Assembly (NCBI RefSeq): GCF_006345805.1
Contig: NW_021835968.1
Coordinates: 1 to 64,000, forward strand
Reading direction: 5' to 3'
Length of the DNA: 64,000 nt
From: Octopus sinensis
Lineage: Eukaryota
Numbering within the stretch: position 1 is the first letter of the stretch; each line of letters begins with the position of its first letter. Below the pieces are notes generated by a model, which saw nothing but the letters and a program-made list of their open reading frames with translations, searched no databases and was not told the DNA's origin. Of the stretch, positions 11,096 to 25,033 are shown piece after piece. Made by a program: the position numbers and the translations under genes.

Positions 11096-13231
11096 AAGGT
11101 AATGAAACTAAAAAGACATCCCTCATGTTGTGTCCTAATGTTGCCTTTTCATGTATTACATGTTACACTGGGAGATGTGCAATTAAATAGCTTCTGTTGA
11201 TATTTCTTCTTTTTTTCTTTCTTTTTTTTTTTGTTTTACATCTTTCAGTATCTCCCTTTCTCTCTCTTTCTCTCCACACACACACACATACATACATACA
11301 TACATACATACATACATACGCATGTATGTACACACAGACATTTGTATGCACACTTAGATGCATATGTGTATGTATGTCTGTCTATTTCTATCTCTACATA
11401 TATACATATACACACACACACATATGTATACCGACATAGACACACTCACTCACAGTAACAAACATATATACACTCAAGCATACAACCACACACACACATT
11501 ACATAGTAACAACAGTTGCTGTATTATTCCAAGCATGACCTCGTTTCTTCATAGAAAACATATTTACGTTTAGAAAAGTGAACGAAAGATAGAAAAAAAA
11601 ATAATTAAAAATTCATTATTTCAAAGAAACACAACGACTGTCATTGATTTTTAATTATATCTCTCCCTTCTTTCTACCCCACCCCCTCCAATTAAGCAAC
11701 AATTTATGTCGTTTGACTTTGGAAATTATGTTATCAAGCAATGAATAAATATGAAATGTTTAAAAGTCACTTATGAGTAAAGACAACCCAACAATGACTG
11801 TCTTGCCTTTTTTTTTTTTCTTTTTTCACTTTCAGACATAATAAATCTAGAATTACATCATCTAATGTGTCCCTTTGGGTTGTAGGGGAGATAAATATAA
11901 ACTAAAGTACTGATCAAGTACTGGAAGTCAATGTGAATTGATTTAACCCCCCCGCCCACTTTTTTTTTAAGACTTGAAACAGTTTGCTGGCCTCGTGCCA
12001 AATTTTGAATTGTTGTTGTTGTTGTTGTTGTTATGATGTGAGTTGATAGAACTGTTAGCACCCCAGGCAAAATGCTTGGCAGCATTTCATGTCTCTTTAT
12101 GTTCTTGAGAAGACCCATCAAGCCAAGTGAGATTTTAGCTTTGGCTGATGTCAGTGTCGCATAACTGGCACATAAGAGGCACCCTTCGAACATTGGGCAA
12201 TATGCTAAGTCAAGTGAAATCATAATCATGGCCAATGCCAGTGCTGGTGGCACGTAAAAAGTACCATTCTAGTGTTGGGCCCCATGAAGGCAGTGACAGG
12301 TAACTGAGACCTTTGGTGATGTACCATGCTTTGAGAAGACCTGTCAAGCCAACTGAGATCATAGTTGTAGCTGGTGCCAGTGTTACATAACTGGCACCCA
12401 TAATGATGAATTGCAATACAGGATTGCACTATATTCCTACATTATTATGTAATTATTTCTGCATTTTGGTGAAACACGTGTATCTCCTATAGACCTTTGA
12501 ATACCACACCTCTTTCTGTGCTTATTATATATATATAAAGAGACAGACAGATAGATAATGTATATTTACGTGTATATAAAGTAAACAAAAAAAAAATGGA
12601 TTATATGAATCTTTTTCCTTATAGTTCCTTTATTTGAAATTCAAATTCCTAATCCCACCTCAAATTATGAAGAAATGATTATCTCCCTTGCAATACCTGT
12701 GACCATCAGGGGCACCACATGTTCTTAGGCAAATATACTTTTTATTTTTAGCTGGCAGAATTGTTACCACACCAAGCAAAATGCTTAGCAGCATTTCATC
12801 TGCCTTCACGTTCTGAGTTCAAATTCTGCTGCGGTCAACTTTGCCTTTCATCCTTTTGGGGTCAATAAGATAAGTACCAGTTGAGTACTGAGAATCAATG
12901 TAATTGACTAACTCCCCGCTCCCCTAGGTTTGAAGCCCTGCACAGCCTGTAGTAGATAGGACTGTCAGAAAGTTGTAAGTGTATCTTTCTGCCAACTCAG
13001 TGGCTGAGAGTTTCATGCCATGTATGGAACACTCAGCCCTTGAGCCACTTTTGTAACTTTGTGTCAATGTACAGGCATGGCCATGTGGTTTTAAAGCTCA
13101 CTTTTGAACCACGTGATTTTGGGTTCAGTCACACTGTGTGGCACCTTTAGCAAGTGTTTTCTACTATAGCTGTACTCCAACCAATGGCTTGTGAGTGGAT
13201 TTGGTAAATGGAAAGTGAAACAAGCCCTTCT

Positions 13232-13730
13232 TAGACAAACAGACAAATAAATAGATAGATAGACAGATGCACACACTGACAGACAGACAAATGGATAGAT
13301 AGATAGATTGATAGATACACATGCCAACAGACAGATAGATGGATAGATAGACAGATAGATACCCACCGACTAACAGACAAATAGATACACACACCGACAG
13401 ACAGACAAATAGATAGATAGATAGATTGATAGATACACATGCCAACAGACAGATAGATGGATAGATAGACAGATAGATAGATAGACAGACAGATACACAC
13501 ACTGACAGACAGACAAATGGATAGATAGATTAATAGATACACATGCCAACAGACAGAGATGATGAATAGATAGATAGATAGATTGATACATACACACCAA
13601 CAGACAGATAGATGAATAGAGAGATAGACAAATAGATAGATAGATTGATTGATAGATACACACACCAACAGACATATAGAAAGATAGATAAATAGATAGA
13701 TGGAGGACGGATGGACTGACTGACTGGATA
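13232..13730. repeat. (GATA/GACA)n satellite with recurring GATACACA(T)GCCAACAGACAG higher-order unit
   Basis: Direct inspection. Confidence 0.85.
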
Positions 13731-14037
13731 ATTAACATTAAATGATGATGTATATATGTTTGTCCTCTCCTTGCATGATAGTTGTAAATGAGCATCACTG
13801 TCATACAAGCAGTGTCCATTGTTTCTAATTTTCTGCAAAAACATGTGTAGCCACAGGGAAATATTTTCTTGCTTGGAAACAGGCTATGGTTGGCTACAGG
13901 AAGAACATCCAGCTGTAGAAAATCTGTCTCAACAAAATTTTATTTGATTCATGTAAGCATGGAAAAGTGGACGTTAAAACAATGAGGATAATGATGATGA
14001 TGTATCGAGTTCTACTTATCCTGTCTGTTTTCCCAAA

Positions 14038-14101
<64 letters not shown>

Positions 14102-14109
14102 AGTGTATA

Positions 14110-14495
14110 CATATATATATATAAAAAGCTGAAGTTGTCTGTGTGTGGCAGGTTTGGTAGTCTTCAACTAACACTATCTTCTCTGAGACCCTGCGGTGCA
14201 AGTTGACCAAAATTGAAAGTATGATAGAAGAAGGCTTGCTCTTCCTTCCGTAGAAGAAATCAGACCATATTAACACCCAAAATTATTTACATCAAAAAGG
14301 TGCTATTTTTCTATGAAAATGCCTATTTTTTACGATTTTTTTTACTGCTGTGTCGCCATTTTTCGGTGTATTTCAACCAGAAAAATGTTCACTTAAAGAG
14401 AATAACAAGCTACATAATGCAAAATTTTTACTTTTCAAAAATTCCAATTCTAAAGAGTTGAAACAAACCCGAACAATGCCAGGCGATACTGCTAG
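14110..14495 (+). mobile_element. Non-autonomous Helitron-like element
   Basis: Starts in (TA)n-TATAAAAG; ends CTAG followed by T, with a decayed GC-rich subterminal hairpin CCCGAACAATGCCAGG ~11 nt upstream. Confidence 0.55.
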
Positions 14496-14504
14496 TATAT
14501 ATAT

Positions 14505-14557
<53 letters not shown>

Positions 14558-14594
14558 ATGTATATATATATACACATGCAAACACGTGTACATA

Positions 14595-15864
14595 CGAGGG
14601 GCGTTCAATAAGTAATGCCCCTGACCCACTTCCCATAGCAGTAGAGCAACGACACTTGGCACAGTTATTAGTCTTTTCCTACATAGGAACTACCCAGAGT
14701 TATGCATTTCTCCCATCGTTTGATACAGCTCTGGAGACTGTTTTTGTAGAAGACCCCAGCTTGGTCCTCCAACCACGACGTGACTTCAGAAATCAAGGCT
14801 GCCTCATCTGGGAAACGCTTTCCTTTCAAAATCAACTTCATGGCTGGGAAGAGGTGAAAATCAGAGGGTGCAAGGGGAGGAGTTCATAGCTGCACGCCTG
14901 TGCTTCTGATCTGGCGACACGCGAGTTGTGGACCGGAGCGTTGTCCTGCAGGAGGAGGATGCCTTTGCTGATCTTGCCCCGCCTCTTGATTTTGATAGCT
15001 TTTCTTAATTTCCTCAAAAGTGAAGCATAATAGGCTCCTGTAATTGTGGTACCCTTTGCCAGGAAATCTGTCATCACTACTCCGTCCTGGTCCCAGAAGA
15101 CTGTGAGCATAACCTTGTCAGCGGAGGGCTGCACCCTTGCCTTCTTTGGAGGAGGTGAGTCACGGTGCTTTTACTGCATTGACTGGGCTTTGGTCTATGG
15201 ATCATAGTGATGGACCCAGGTTTTATCCTGTGTGATCAGTCTTTTGAAAAATTTTGACTCATCTTCTTGGCACATCTCCAAATTCATCCTCGAGCACTCA
15301 ACGCGTTCTTGCTTCTGGAAAGGTGTGAGCAACCGGGAAATCCATCTGGCAGACACCTTTTGCATATGCAAATGGTCATGAATGATAGTTTCCACAGACC
15401 CGGTACTAATCTTGACCTTATGAGCTATTTGGCGAATAGTTATGCGTTGACCTTCCAAAATGGCAGCCTCAACTTGACGGACAGACGTCTCATCAACGGC
15501 GAAAGGGGGCGACCAGATCTGGGAGCTGTTTCCACAGAGTTCCGACTATGTTTGAATTCACAATGCCAGCGTTTTTCAAGGTCATATGATGGGGCATCAT
15601 CACCATAAGTTACTTTCATTTCATCAAAAGTCTCCCGTGGTGTGCATCCTTTCAAATACAAAAACCAGATCACTGCTCGACACTCAACAGGCTCCATTTC
15701 ACACTTGACTCAGTTCAAACACCTGTAAATCAAAAACCACAATAAATTCAGAGCTGTAATTCGCCACTTAATCTATAGAGGTATAAATAAGTGCACATGC
15801 AAAATTTCAGCTAGATCAAACAACTGCAAGTGGGTCAGGGGCATTACTTATTGAACGCCCCTCG
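14595..15864 (-). mobile_element. Full-length (1270 bp) mariner transposon, inactive
   Basis: Perfect 37-bp TIRs CGAGGGGCGTTCAATAAGTAATGCCCCTGACCCACTT (14595-14631; 15828-15864) and TA target duplication at both ends. Confidence 0.95.
14668..15697 (-). pseudogene. Mariner transposase, frameshifted
   Basis: HTH N-terminus MEPVECRAVIWFLYLKG..RSGRP; WISRLL linker; DKTWVHHYDP; DNAPVH; LAPSDFHLF; ends KRWEKCITLGSSYVGKD*; several frameshifts/stops and loss of the HPPYSPD segment. Confidence 0.9.
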
Positions 15865-16743
15865 TATGTGTACTGGATTTTTAGCATCGCTCTTAAATTA
15901 AATATTATCCAGAGTATTTGCCAGATGTTTTGTATTCAATTTAGTTTCAATGAAACAATTATGAAAAGAGCTTATTTCCTTCTCTGTTTCTCAATTCTAG
16001 AACTATTCCAGACAATCTGATTTCTATTGAGGGAGATTTTACAGTCAAATAAATTTTTTATGGTTTAATTCTCCTCTTTTTCGTTTGTTTCGTTCACAAC
16101 AGTTCACTTATTTGGGAATGATGATGACAAACTTCTCAAACAGAGTCTGTTTAAAATAGCTTTATTCAAAAATAAATAAATTAATAAATAAAGTGGTTAT
16201 ATTGTTTATTTGATCTGCCTCAATTTTATCATCTCCATCATCTACATCATTTTCATCATCTCCATCATCATCATCATCATCATCGTCTCCATCATCATCA
16301 CCACTTGATCACCATGGTCTTCAGTGTCATTGACATTATCATCCTTCTCGTCATCATCATTATCTTCATCACCATTATCATCATCATCATCACCACCATC
16401 AACATCCTGATTTTCATCATCATCATCATCATCATTTCATCCATATTTCCTTGGTTGTATTGTTGAAGCAGATCTATTCTACATCTGGATGCTCTTCCTG
16501 TCACCAACCCCATCTGTTTCCAAGCAAGCTATTAGCTGCCATCTTCTTGGGAACAATAAACAGCTTCATGGCCAGACATGTTTTCACAGAAGATTGTAAG
16601 CAATAACACTGTTGACTTTGTTTACAGTCAGTGCACAAAACATGAAGCAAAGAGGAAAATGAGAACATGCTCACAAACACACATACACTCACATATGCAT
16701 GCACTAACACACTCACACCACACACACACACCACACACACACA

Positions 16744-16774
<31 letters not shown>

Positions 16775-17194
16775 CAACACACACACACAGATTAGGATTC
16801 TTACAGTTTCTATCTACTAATTCAGTCTCATTGATCAAACTTTTGCTTATACTGGCACTCCAATGGTTACAGCTATGAAGAGAGTTCCAATTGATCTAAT
16901 CAATGGAACAGCCTGCTCGTGAAATTAACATGCAAGTGGCTGAGTACTCCACAGACATTGATACCCTTAATGAACATAGTTCTCAGGGAGAAGGCTGGCC
17001 CTATGAAATACATTTTTGCCAGCCAAGTGGAATAAAGTGTTTCGCTCAAGGACACATGTCTCTGGGAATTGAACTCACGACCATACGATTGTAAGCCAAA
17101 TAACCTAAGCATTAACCACGTGCCTTTACATTAGGACCATAGGGATTAGGGATCATGTGGTTAAGTAGCAAACCATCCTTGTGCTCATGGCCAT

Positions 17195-17390
17195 GATTAA
17201 ATGAAGCCCTTCACTCCCTGCTGAGCACATACCATTGATGACTATTCTCCACTGTCCTCAAATCTGGGATGTTTCTTCTGCATGTCTCCATTTGGTGTTC
17301 TGCTTTTCCCTTTGCAGCTTCCTTTCACCTTTTGTTGTTGTTCCATCTCATATGTTTCCCTGAGGTAAGGTCTGCCTCTGCCAGACTTTG
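17195..17390 (-). mobile_element. Decayed RTE-like LINE 3' fragment
   Basis: Minus-strand remnants GRGRP and RGQWRIVINGMCSAGSEG resemble RTE ORF C-termini. Confidence 0.5.
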
Positions 17391-18069
17391 TCGGTTTTGA
17401 ATTGTCTTTCTTTAATCTCTTATCGTTTGCTTGTTTCACTCCTGAAACTGTGACCATGCTGGGGCACTGCTTTGAGCGATTTTAGTCAAACAAATCGATC
17501 CCAATGCTTTTTTAAGTCTGGTTCTTATTTTATCGGTCCTTTTTGCCAAACTGCCAAGTTATGTGGACATAAACACACCAACATCGGTTGTCAGGCAGTG
17601 GGGGGGTGTAAATATGGACACAAAGACACACACATGTATAATGTGGGCTTCTTTCAGTTTCTATTTACCAAGTCCACTCACAAGGCTTTGGTCAGTGCAA
17701 GGCTATAGTAGAAAACACTTGCCCAAGGTGCCATACTATGGGACTGGATTTGGAACCATGTGGTTGGAAAGCATACTTTTTACCTCACAGCCTGTGCTTA
17801 TATGCAAACCTCCTAAATATTTCATCCTTTCTCCAGGGACACGGTTTTGTAATTAGGATTGTGGAATGGCAGAATTGATAAAGCATTAAAAGTAAATAGC
17901 TTGCAGTATTTAGATTCATTGCTTTTTGTTCTGGGTTCAAATCTCAACAGAATCACTTCTTGTTTTCATCTTCCTCAACACCAGGTCTGTTGCACTGTCT
18001 TTGCTTTCTCTCTTTCTCAAATTTGTGACCCTCTTCCTCTGTTTGAAATCATATTTTACATTGAAAACC

Positions 18070-18482
18070 TCAATCAAGGCCTGCTGTAGCATATTAAAAA
18101 TACAAGTTTAAAATATAGATCTTGGCTGCTTGCTGTGCAATACTTACTTGCTGAAAATATAGTTCTAGGCTCATGGTTGAGAATATTAAAATACTTGAAT
18201 GATAAAAATATAGATTTCAGTTGGTTGTACAATACTGAAATGATTAAAATGTTGATGTAGGCTTGCTGGAGAATATTAAAATATTGCAATAATTTAAATA
18301 TAGATCTAGGCTTTCCATACAATATTAAAATACATCAATGATAAAAATATAGATTTCAGCTTGCTGTACAATACTAATATAATTAAAATACTGATGTAGG
18401 CCTGCAGTAGACTGCCACTTTGCTTTGATGATTAAAGTATAGATCTAGTCTTGCTGTAGCATATCAAAATAACTAAAAATAT
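18070..18482. repeat. Degenerate minisatellite, ~40-50 bp unit (AAAATATAGATCTAGGCTTGCTGTACAATATTAAAATA)
   Basis: About 9 diverged tandem units. Confidence 0.7.
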
Positions 18483-18527
18483 CCATTTAAATAACTTGCT
18501 CTTTCATGGTTCTGTATTCTATATTAA

Positions 18528-18737
18528 CACTTCAGCATTTAAAACAGCCACATCCTGCCCAAATGTTCTACCTTCTCTATGTTCAAACTGGCCATATCCA
18601 GCCTCTCACACCTACCTTACAATGTCATTTTTAAAATAAACAATCACATTATCAAAGTTTCGAAATTATGATATAATCCATGATGAACGGGAATAAGCAT
18701 GTGATACCTTTGACAGAACGATCTGAATGCTAAAGGG
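18528..18737. mobile_element. piggyBac-like MITE
   Basis: TTAA on both flanks (18524-18527, 18738-18741); TIR CACTTCAGCATTTA vs rc CCCTTTAGCATTCA; related inverted copy at ~23290-23505. Confidence 0.7.
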
Positions 18738-20223
18738 TTAAACCGGCCATCACATGTATGTATGTATATATATATATATATAGATCAGTGGTGATTCTGA
18801 CACTTGGGCTGTTTGGTCTTAGCCCGAGTAGAAATTTAGTAAAGCGAACGTGTATTTGCAAGCTGATTTCATTTCTGCCAACACTGACTTCAAGTATGAA
18901 ATTGAAGCCAATAACTCGGGCTCCTTTTATTGAGCCTGGTTGCAGTTCATTTACTTTCATTCAGAACCATTCGTAGCAGACACTCTCTCAACATCATTCA
19001 CCCTCACTTGACTCGGACTCACGAGTTACAACCTGAGTTGTTATCTAAAAAATTAAAAGTAATTCAAATTCAATGTTTTCTTAAAATAATAAATTTCTAT
19101 AGAGATTAGGATTTAAATTCCAATCTATGAAAAGCTTCTGTTCTACAATATTCTTAAAGGAACGAAAAATTACCCAGCAACTCGGGCTAATATGAACAAG
19201 CCTGGTAGGGGTAAAAGACAAACTAGTATCTCTTGTCAAGAGTACAGGTGCACTCTGCTAACATCAATTGATTGGTGTTATTCTGTGCATCTGTGTGCAA
19301 AGATCAGTTGTGTTTTGCAGGGTTGCTTTATTTTAACCCTTAACTTAGAAATGCAGAAAGACATAGTGTTAGATATAAAAAATAAACCATCTAGGACTAG
19401 AAATAAAGCAGAAAAACTTTAAATTCTTTGAGCAGGCAAGTGTCTTATGCAAAATCTGTGATGAGCCCGAGTGATGATGGTGACCTGGAGTCGCCTCATA
19501 TATATATATATATATATATATACTCTTTTCAGTCAGTTGACTGCGGCCATGCTGGAGCACCACCTTTAGTCAAGGAAATTGACCCCAGGTCTTATTTTTT
19601 GTAAGCCTAGTACTTATTCTATCAGTCTCTTTTGCCGAACCACTAAGTTACGGGGGACATAAACACACCAGCATCGTTTGTCAAGCAATGTTGGGGGGGG
19701 GGGGACAAACACAAACACGCACACTTATATACATATATTTTGATGGGCTTCTTTTAGTTTCTGTCTACCAAGTAGAAGACACTTGCCCAAGGTGCCACGC
19801 AGTGGGACTGAACCTCGAACCATGTGGTTGGTAAGGAAGCTACTTACCACACAGCCACACTCCTGCATCTATATATGTATATTAAACATTTGTGAAATTC
19901 TGAGTAATGCTGTATTCACCTGTAAAAGGACTATGTCAGTGTGTTTGTGTGTATTTCATATTTCCATCTGCATTGAATATTTATTTATTTTAATTTTTAT
20001 ATGTATTATACATGCTGGACATCTGTCACTGAGGGACCCATAGCAGGTTGAAATCACATATCTAAGAGGAGATTTCAAGTAGTGAAAACGTAGCAAATTT
20101 AACAGTGGTGCTACAGCATGGCCACAGCTCTCAAGCTGAAACTAGTTAAAGAGTTATATAGATAGATAGATGGACGGACAGACGTTCATTCGTCTGTCCA
20201 TGTACATACTTACATATGTATAT

Positions 20224-21811
20224 AGGTTAGGGTTGGCAACATGTACACAGAAGAATTCAAAGTAGAGGTGGGGTCCACCAGGTTTCAGTACTCAGCCCCC
20301 CTCCTATTTATCATAGTCCTCCAGGCAATTACGGAGGAATTCAAGACAGGTTGCCCCTGGGAGCTCCTCTACGCTGACGACCTTGCTCTAATTGCTGAGT
20401 CACTATCAGAACTGGAGGAGAAGTTCCAGGTGTGGAAGGAGGGTTTAGAATCGAGGGGCCTTAGAGTCAACCTAGCTAAAACCAAAGTACTAATAAGTAG
20501 GAAGGTAGACAATTCACAAATGTCTTCAGGAAGATGGCCCTGCTCGATCTGTAGAAAAGGTGTAGGTAGAAACTCTATAAGATGTACCCAGTGTAAGCTA
20601 TGGACACATAAGAGGTGCAGCAATGTCAAAGGTAGGCTAACTGGGAAGATAGTCTTTGTATGTGGCAGATGCTCGTTAGCATTAACCTCCGAAAATCTGC
20701 AGAAAACAACTTCCGTCACTTTCCAGGGGGAAAAACTAGAAGTAGGTGATAGCTTCCGTTATCTAGGTGACCAAGTCAGTAGTGGGGGTGGGTGCGCTGA
20801 AAGTGTAACTGCTAGAATAAGAATAGCCTGGGCAAAGTTTAGGGAGCTCTTACCTCTGCTGGTGACTAAAGGCCTCTCGCCCAGAGTAAAAGGCAGACTG
20901 TATGATGCATGTGTACGAACAGCCATGCTACATGGCAGTGAAACATGGGCCGTGACTGCTGAGGAATGAAGCCAGTATGCTCCGATGGATGTGTAATGTC
21001 AGTGTACATACTCGACAGAGCGTTAGTACCTTGAGAGAAATGTTGTACCTAAGAAGCATCAGTTGTGGTGTGCAAGAGAGACGATTGCGCTGGTATGGTC
21101 ATGTGGCGAGAATGGATGAAGATAGGTGTGTGAGAAAGTGCCAATCCCTAGCAGTTGAGGGAACCCGTGGAAGAGGTAGACTCAGGAAAACCTGGGACGA
21201 GGTGGTGAAGCACGACCTTCGAACTTTAGGCCTCACTGAGGAAATGACCAGCGACCGAGACCTTTGGAAATATGCTGTACGTGAGAAGACCAGGCAGGAC
21301 AAGTGAGCCCAGCCCACTTATGAATGCCTTTCCTCTCTTGGACACAAAGACCTGTTGAGGCAAGCGAAGTCGATGTAGAACCTCATCCGACGACAGGCAC
21401 CCATGCCAACCCCCTTTGCTTGCGAAGACATGTTGGGGCAAGCGAAAGCGAAATCGAAATCGAATTGAACCAGCCAGGATCCCTGGTTTGGTGGTACATA
21501 AAAAGCACTATCCGACTCATGGCCGATGCCAGCGCCGCCTTGACTGGCTTCCGTGCCGGTGGCACGTAAAATACACCAATCCGACCATGGCCGTTGCCAG
21601 CCTCGCCTGGCACCTGTGCAGGTGGCACGTAAAAAGCACCCACTACACTCACGGAGTGGTTGATGTTAGGAAGGGCATCCAGCTGTAGAAACATTGCCAG
21701 ATAAGACTGGAGCCTGGTGCAGCCTTCTGGCTTCCCAGATCCCCGGTCGAACCGTCCAACCCATGCTAGCATGGAGAACGGACGTTAAACGATGATGATG
21801 ATGATGATGAT
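20224..21811 (+). mobile_element. 5'-truncated RTE-clade LINE (RT C-terminal half, PHD-like finger, 3' UTR, (GAT)n tail)
   Basis: LLYADDLAL RT motif, FRYLG, WPCSICRKGVGRNSIRCTQCKLWTHKRC..VCGRC, LRWYGHVARM; small deletion/frameshift at ~20965; ends GACGTTAAAC(GAT)n. Confidence 0.95.
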
Positions 21812-22324
21812 ACACATACACACATATGTATATGTACATGCGGGCACACACATTATATGCTTATACCAATTTATGGAACATAAATTTGATTTATTATTTG
21901 TTTCTTCATATCTGTCTCATACCAGAGTGACTCATAAACATAGCTCCAGGCCAAGAGGCCAATAGTTTTATTACTTTAATGTATTAGCCATGATTAACAT
22001 CATCATCATCATCATTGTTTTTTCCATATTCAATCCACTCTCCAGTATTAACAAATCGATTGCACTCAAATGAAATTTTTTTTCTTTCTCCCAGTCTCAT
22101 TTGAACTAATGAACTTATTGTTAGCCACAACTGGGATGAATAAATCATTTAGAGTGACTGACCACCACCAATAATAATAATAATAATAATAACATTGTCA
22201 TTTTTATGTTTTTTTTTTGTTTTTTTTTCCCTGGCCTCTACTCTCTTTGTCTCTTGGAAGAAGGGTTTTAGAAAATTACTATTTTTAAATCTCACAACGT
22301 GAGATATTCAGCAATAGTACTTTG

Positions 22325-22631
22325 TAGTAAAGATTGTTTGTCAACATAACATGGCAGTCCTGGTTTAGGACTAATGTTGCTGTAATTTAGCCCCAGCAGA
22401 CACCTCTAGCTGAGCATTTATTCTGTGCTGATGAAGGGAAATAACCCAGAAATCGCGATACACAGATATTGTTTTGAGCTGAGTTGGGGTGCTAGATTCC
22501 CTTGTTTGAAAATATAAGGACACAGATTGTGTTGTATAGCCAGCTGGAGATGATGTCTCCTGGGGCTAAATTACAGCAACATTAGTCCTAAACCAGGACT
22601 GCCATGTTATGTTGACAAACAATCTTTACTA
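22325..22631. mobile_element. Fold-back element: 72-bp perfect inverted repeats enclosing a hammerhead ribozyme
   Basis: 22325-22396 is the exact reverse complement of 22560-22631; imperfect pairing extends to 22412/22541. Confidence 0.85.
22422..22466 (+). ncRNA. Minimal type I hammerhead ribozyme
   Basis: Stem I UCUGUG/CACAGA, core CUGAUGA, stem II GGG/CCC (with an A.A closing mismatch), GAAA, palindromic stem III AUCGCGAU; predicted cleavage after AUA at 22460. Confidence 0.8.
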
Positions 22632-23519
22632 GAAGGTATTTAGTTCTCAATGGCAAAATTGTTTAGTCTAGTTGTGAAATATACCCACCAACATCTATCT
22701 TCCACATTTCTATTTCCTCTTAAGGTGGTTCATGTGAAAGATGTAGGTGGAAAATACCTGCATCACACACTACGTAGAAGCTCTGTTAGATTTAGTCTTT
22801 GAGATATGTTCTTAATATACATGTAGCTCACTTATTTTTGGTCATTCTGCTTCTTCTCTTGCATTTCATTTCTGTTATGACAACATACAAAGTACAACAC
22901 TATGTACTATGGCTTAAGCTATGTATATCGTATGGCAAAAAATTTTTGGAGTCACCAGTCTTGATAAATACTTCAATAACAAGCAGTTAATATTGTTATT
23001 GGCAAGCTGGCAGAACCGTTAACACACTGGGTGAAATGCTTGGCGGCATTTCATCCATGCTCATGGTTTTAAGTTCAAATTTCATTCTTTCGGGGTCTTT
23101 CAATACCTTTCATTCTTTCGAGGTCAAAGTACCTGTTGAGTAACTGGAGTTGATGCAATCAATTTACCCCCTCCCCGAAATTGCTGGCCTTGTGCCAAAA
23201 TTTGAAATCAATATTGTGGGTATGTTGGTATTTTGAAAATACCTCTCAGAGTGATGACTTGTGTCCTGCATTGTTAACTTAATTTCATCCATTGGCATTC
23301 AGATTACTCTGTCAAATGTAATTCCTTATTTATTCACATTGTTTTCAATTAATTATTCATTATATCATAGCTTTGGGATTTCAATAATGTGACTATTTTT
23401 TTTAATGACATTGTTGGGTCAGTGAGAGAGACCAGATCTGGCCATTTTGAACATAAAACAAATAAAATATTTGGCCCAGAAACAGCCAGTTTTAATGCTA
23501 GAAGCTTGATATACACATT

Positions 23520-23728
23520 TGTATTTATTTTGAGATGCTCTGTGTTTCTTTCAATTAATTTTAAATATAACAAAGAATTTAGTAAAATAACTTAGTTGTC
23601 ATTAAGCTTGTGTTAAGACCATAAATTGTGACTGAGGTTTAGTGGAAGATTTTAATTCAAAACTTATGAAAACAAGACATTTGTACTCAGAGCCAGAGCT
23701 AGTTTCAGCTGGGTTAGTAACGAAAAGG
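23520..23728 (+). mobile_element. piggyBac-like MITE, second family (5' end lost)
   Basis: Close match to 31316-31535; ends GTAACGAAAAGG-TTAA. Confidence 0.7.
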
Positions 23729-25033
23729 TTAAAAGTACAAAATATCTTAGTAAAAAGAAACAATATTTATTTCAATGTGTGTGTCTGTTTGTAATATCAA
23801 CTAGTGATGCGATGTGCTCTCTCTGAAACTCTGTGACTGTAAATGCCCACATTCCATTCATTGATCCTCTTGACCCAGTTATTAGTACTGAATAGCTGAC
23901 ATATAATCTTTTATTTTTACTAAGAAGCAGGTCAAAGTCACCAGTTTATTTACTTGTGCTTATGTTCTGCCACTCTTCATCAGATATCATCACAATTGCC
24001 ACTATCACCATCATCATCACCACCGATGTTATTGTCATTTTTTTCTTTGCATGCCTGTGTTAAAAAAAGTCTATCACCAAAGGTGTAATATTATTTACAA
24101 TTTCAATCACCCACTTCAAGTACTTTTGTACCCACTTTACTATTAAATGGTGAAGGTGCATGGCTCAGTGTTTGGGGTAATTAGCTCATGATTATGAGGT
24201 TGGTCATCAGTTCAGTTCCTTGCAGCAAGACACTTTATTTCAATGTTATTTCAGTCCACTCAGCTGGCAAAAATGAGAGCTACCTGTATTTCAAAAGGCC
24301 AATCTTGTCACATTCTGTTACACTGAATCTCCCTGAGAACTATGTTAAGGGTATGCATGTTTGTGGAGCACTCAGCCACTTACACAATAATTTCACGAGC
24401 AGGCTGTTCTTATTTCTTTATTACCCACAAGGAGCTAAACATAGAGGGGACAAACAAAGATTGACAAAGAGATTAAATCGATTACATCGACCATCAGTGC
24501 GTAACTGGTACTTATTTTAATCAACCCTGAAAGGATGAAAGGCAAAGTTGACCTTGGCGGAATCTGAACTCTGAACGTAGCGACGGGCGAATTACTGCTA
24601 AGCATTTCATCCAGCATGCTAACGATTCTTATTGCTTTATTACCCCACAAGGGGCTAAACATAGAGGGGACAAACAAAGACAGACAAAGAGATTAAGTCG
24701 ATTACATCGACCTCCAGTGCGTAACTGGTACTTAATTTATCGACTCCGAAAGGATGAAAGACAAAGTCGACCTCGGCAAAATTTGAACTCAGAATGTAAT
24801 GGCAGACAAAATATCGCTAAGCATTTCGCCCGGCATGCTAATGTTTCTGCCAGTTTGGCGCCTTCGTTCTGCTGAATGCATCAACTGGAGCCCTCGTCCA
24901 TTTTACCAATAGAGTGCCTATTACCATGTCACCAATGGAGTGCCAGTTATTTACTCTTTAACATAAACTGGGTTTAGAAAGAGCTTTAGTACCTAGGCAG
25001 TAAAATTATTAAATTATTTAGTATTGATGTACA

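Noticed and set aside
17318-17364. Plus-strand 47-nt exon-like segment with good splice sites
   Set aside because: Lies within the antisense of a decayed RTE 3' end
18070-18482. CRISPR-like repeat/spacer pattern
   Set aside because: Eukaryotic context, degenerate repeats, similar spacers, no cas genes; a minisatellite
19912-19935. Minus-strand TCCTTTTACAG|GTGAAT as a recursive splice site
   Set aside because: Short pyrimidine tract and weak donor; expected by chance
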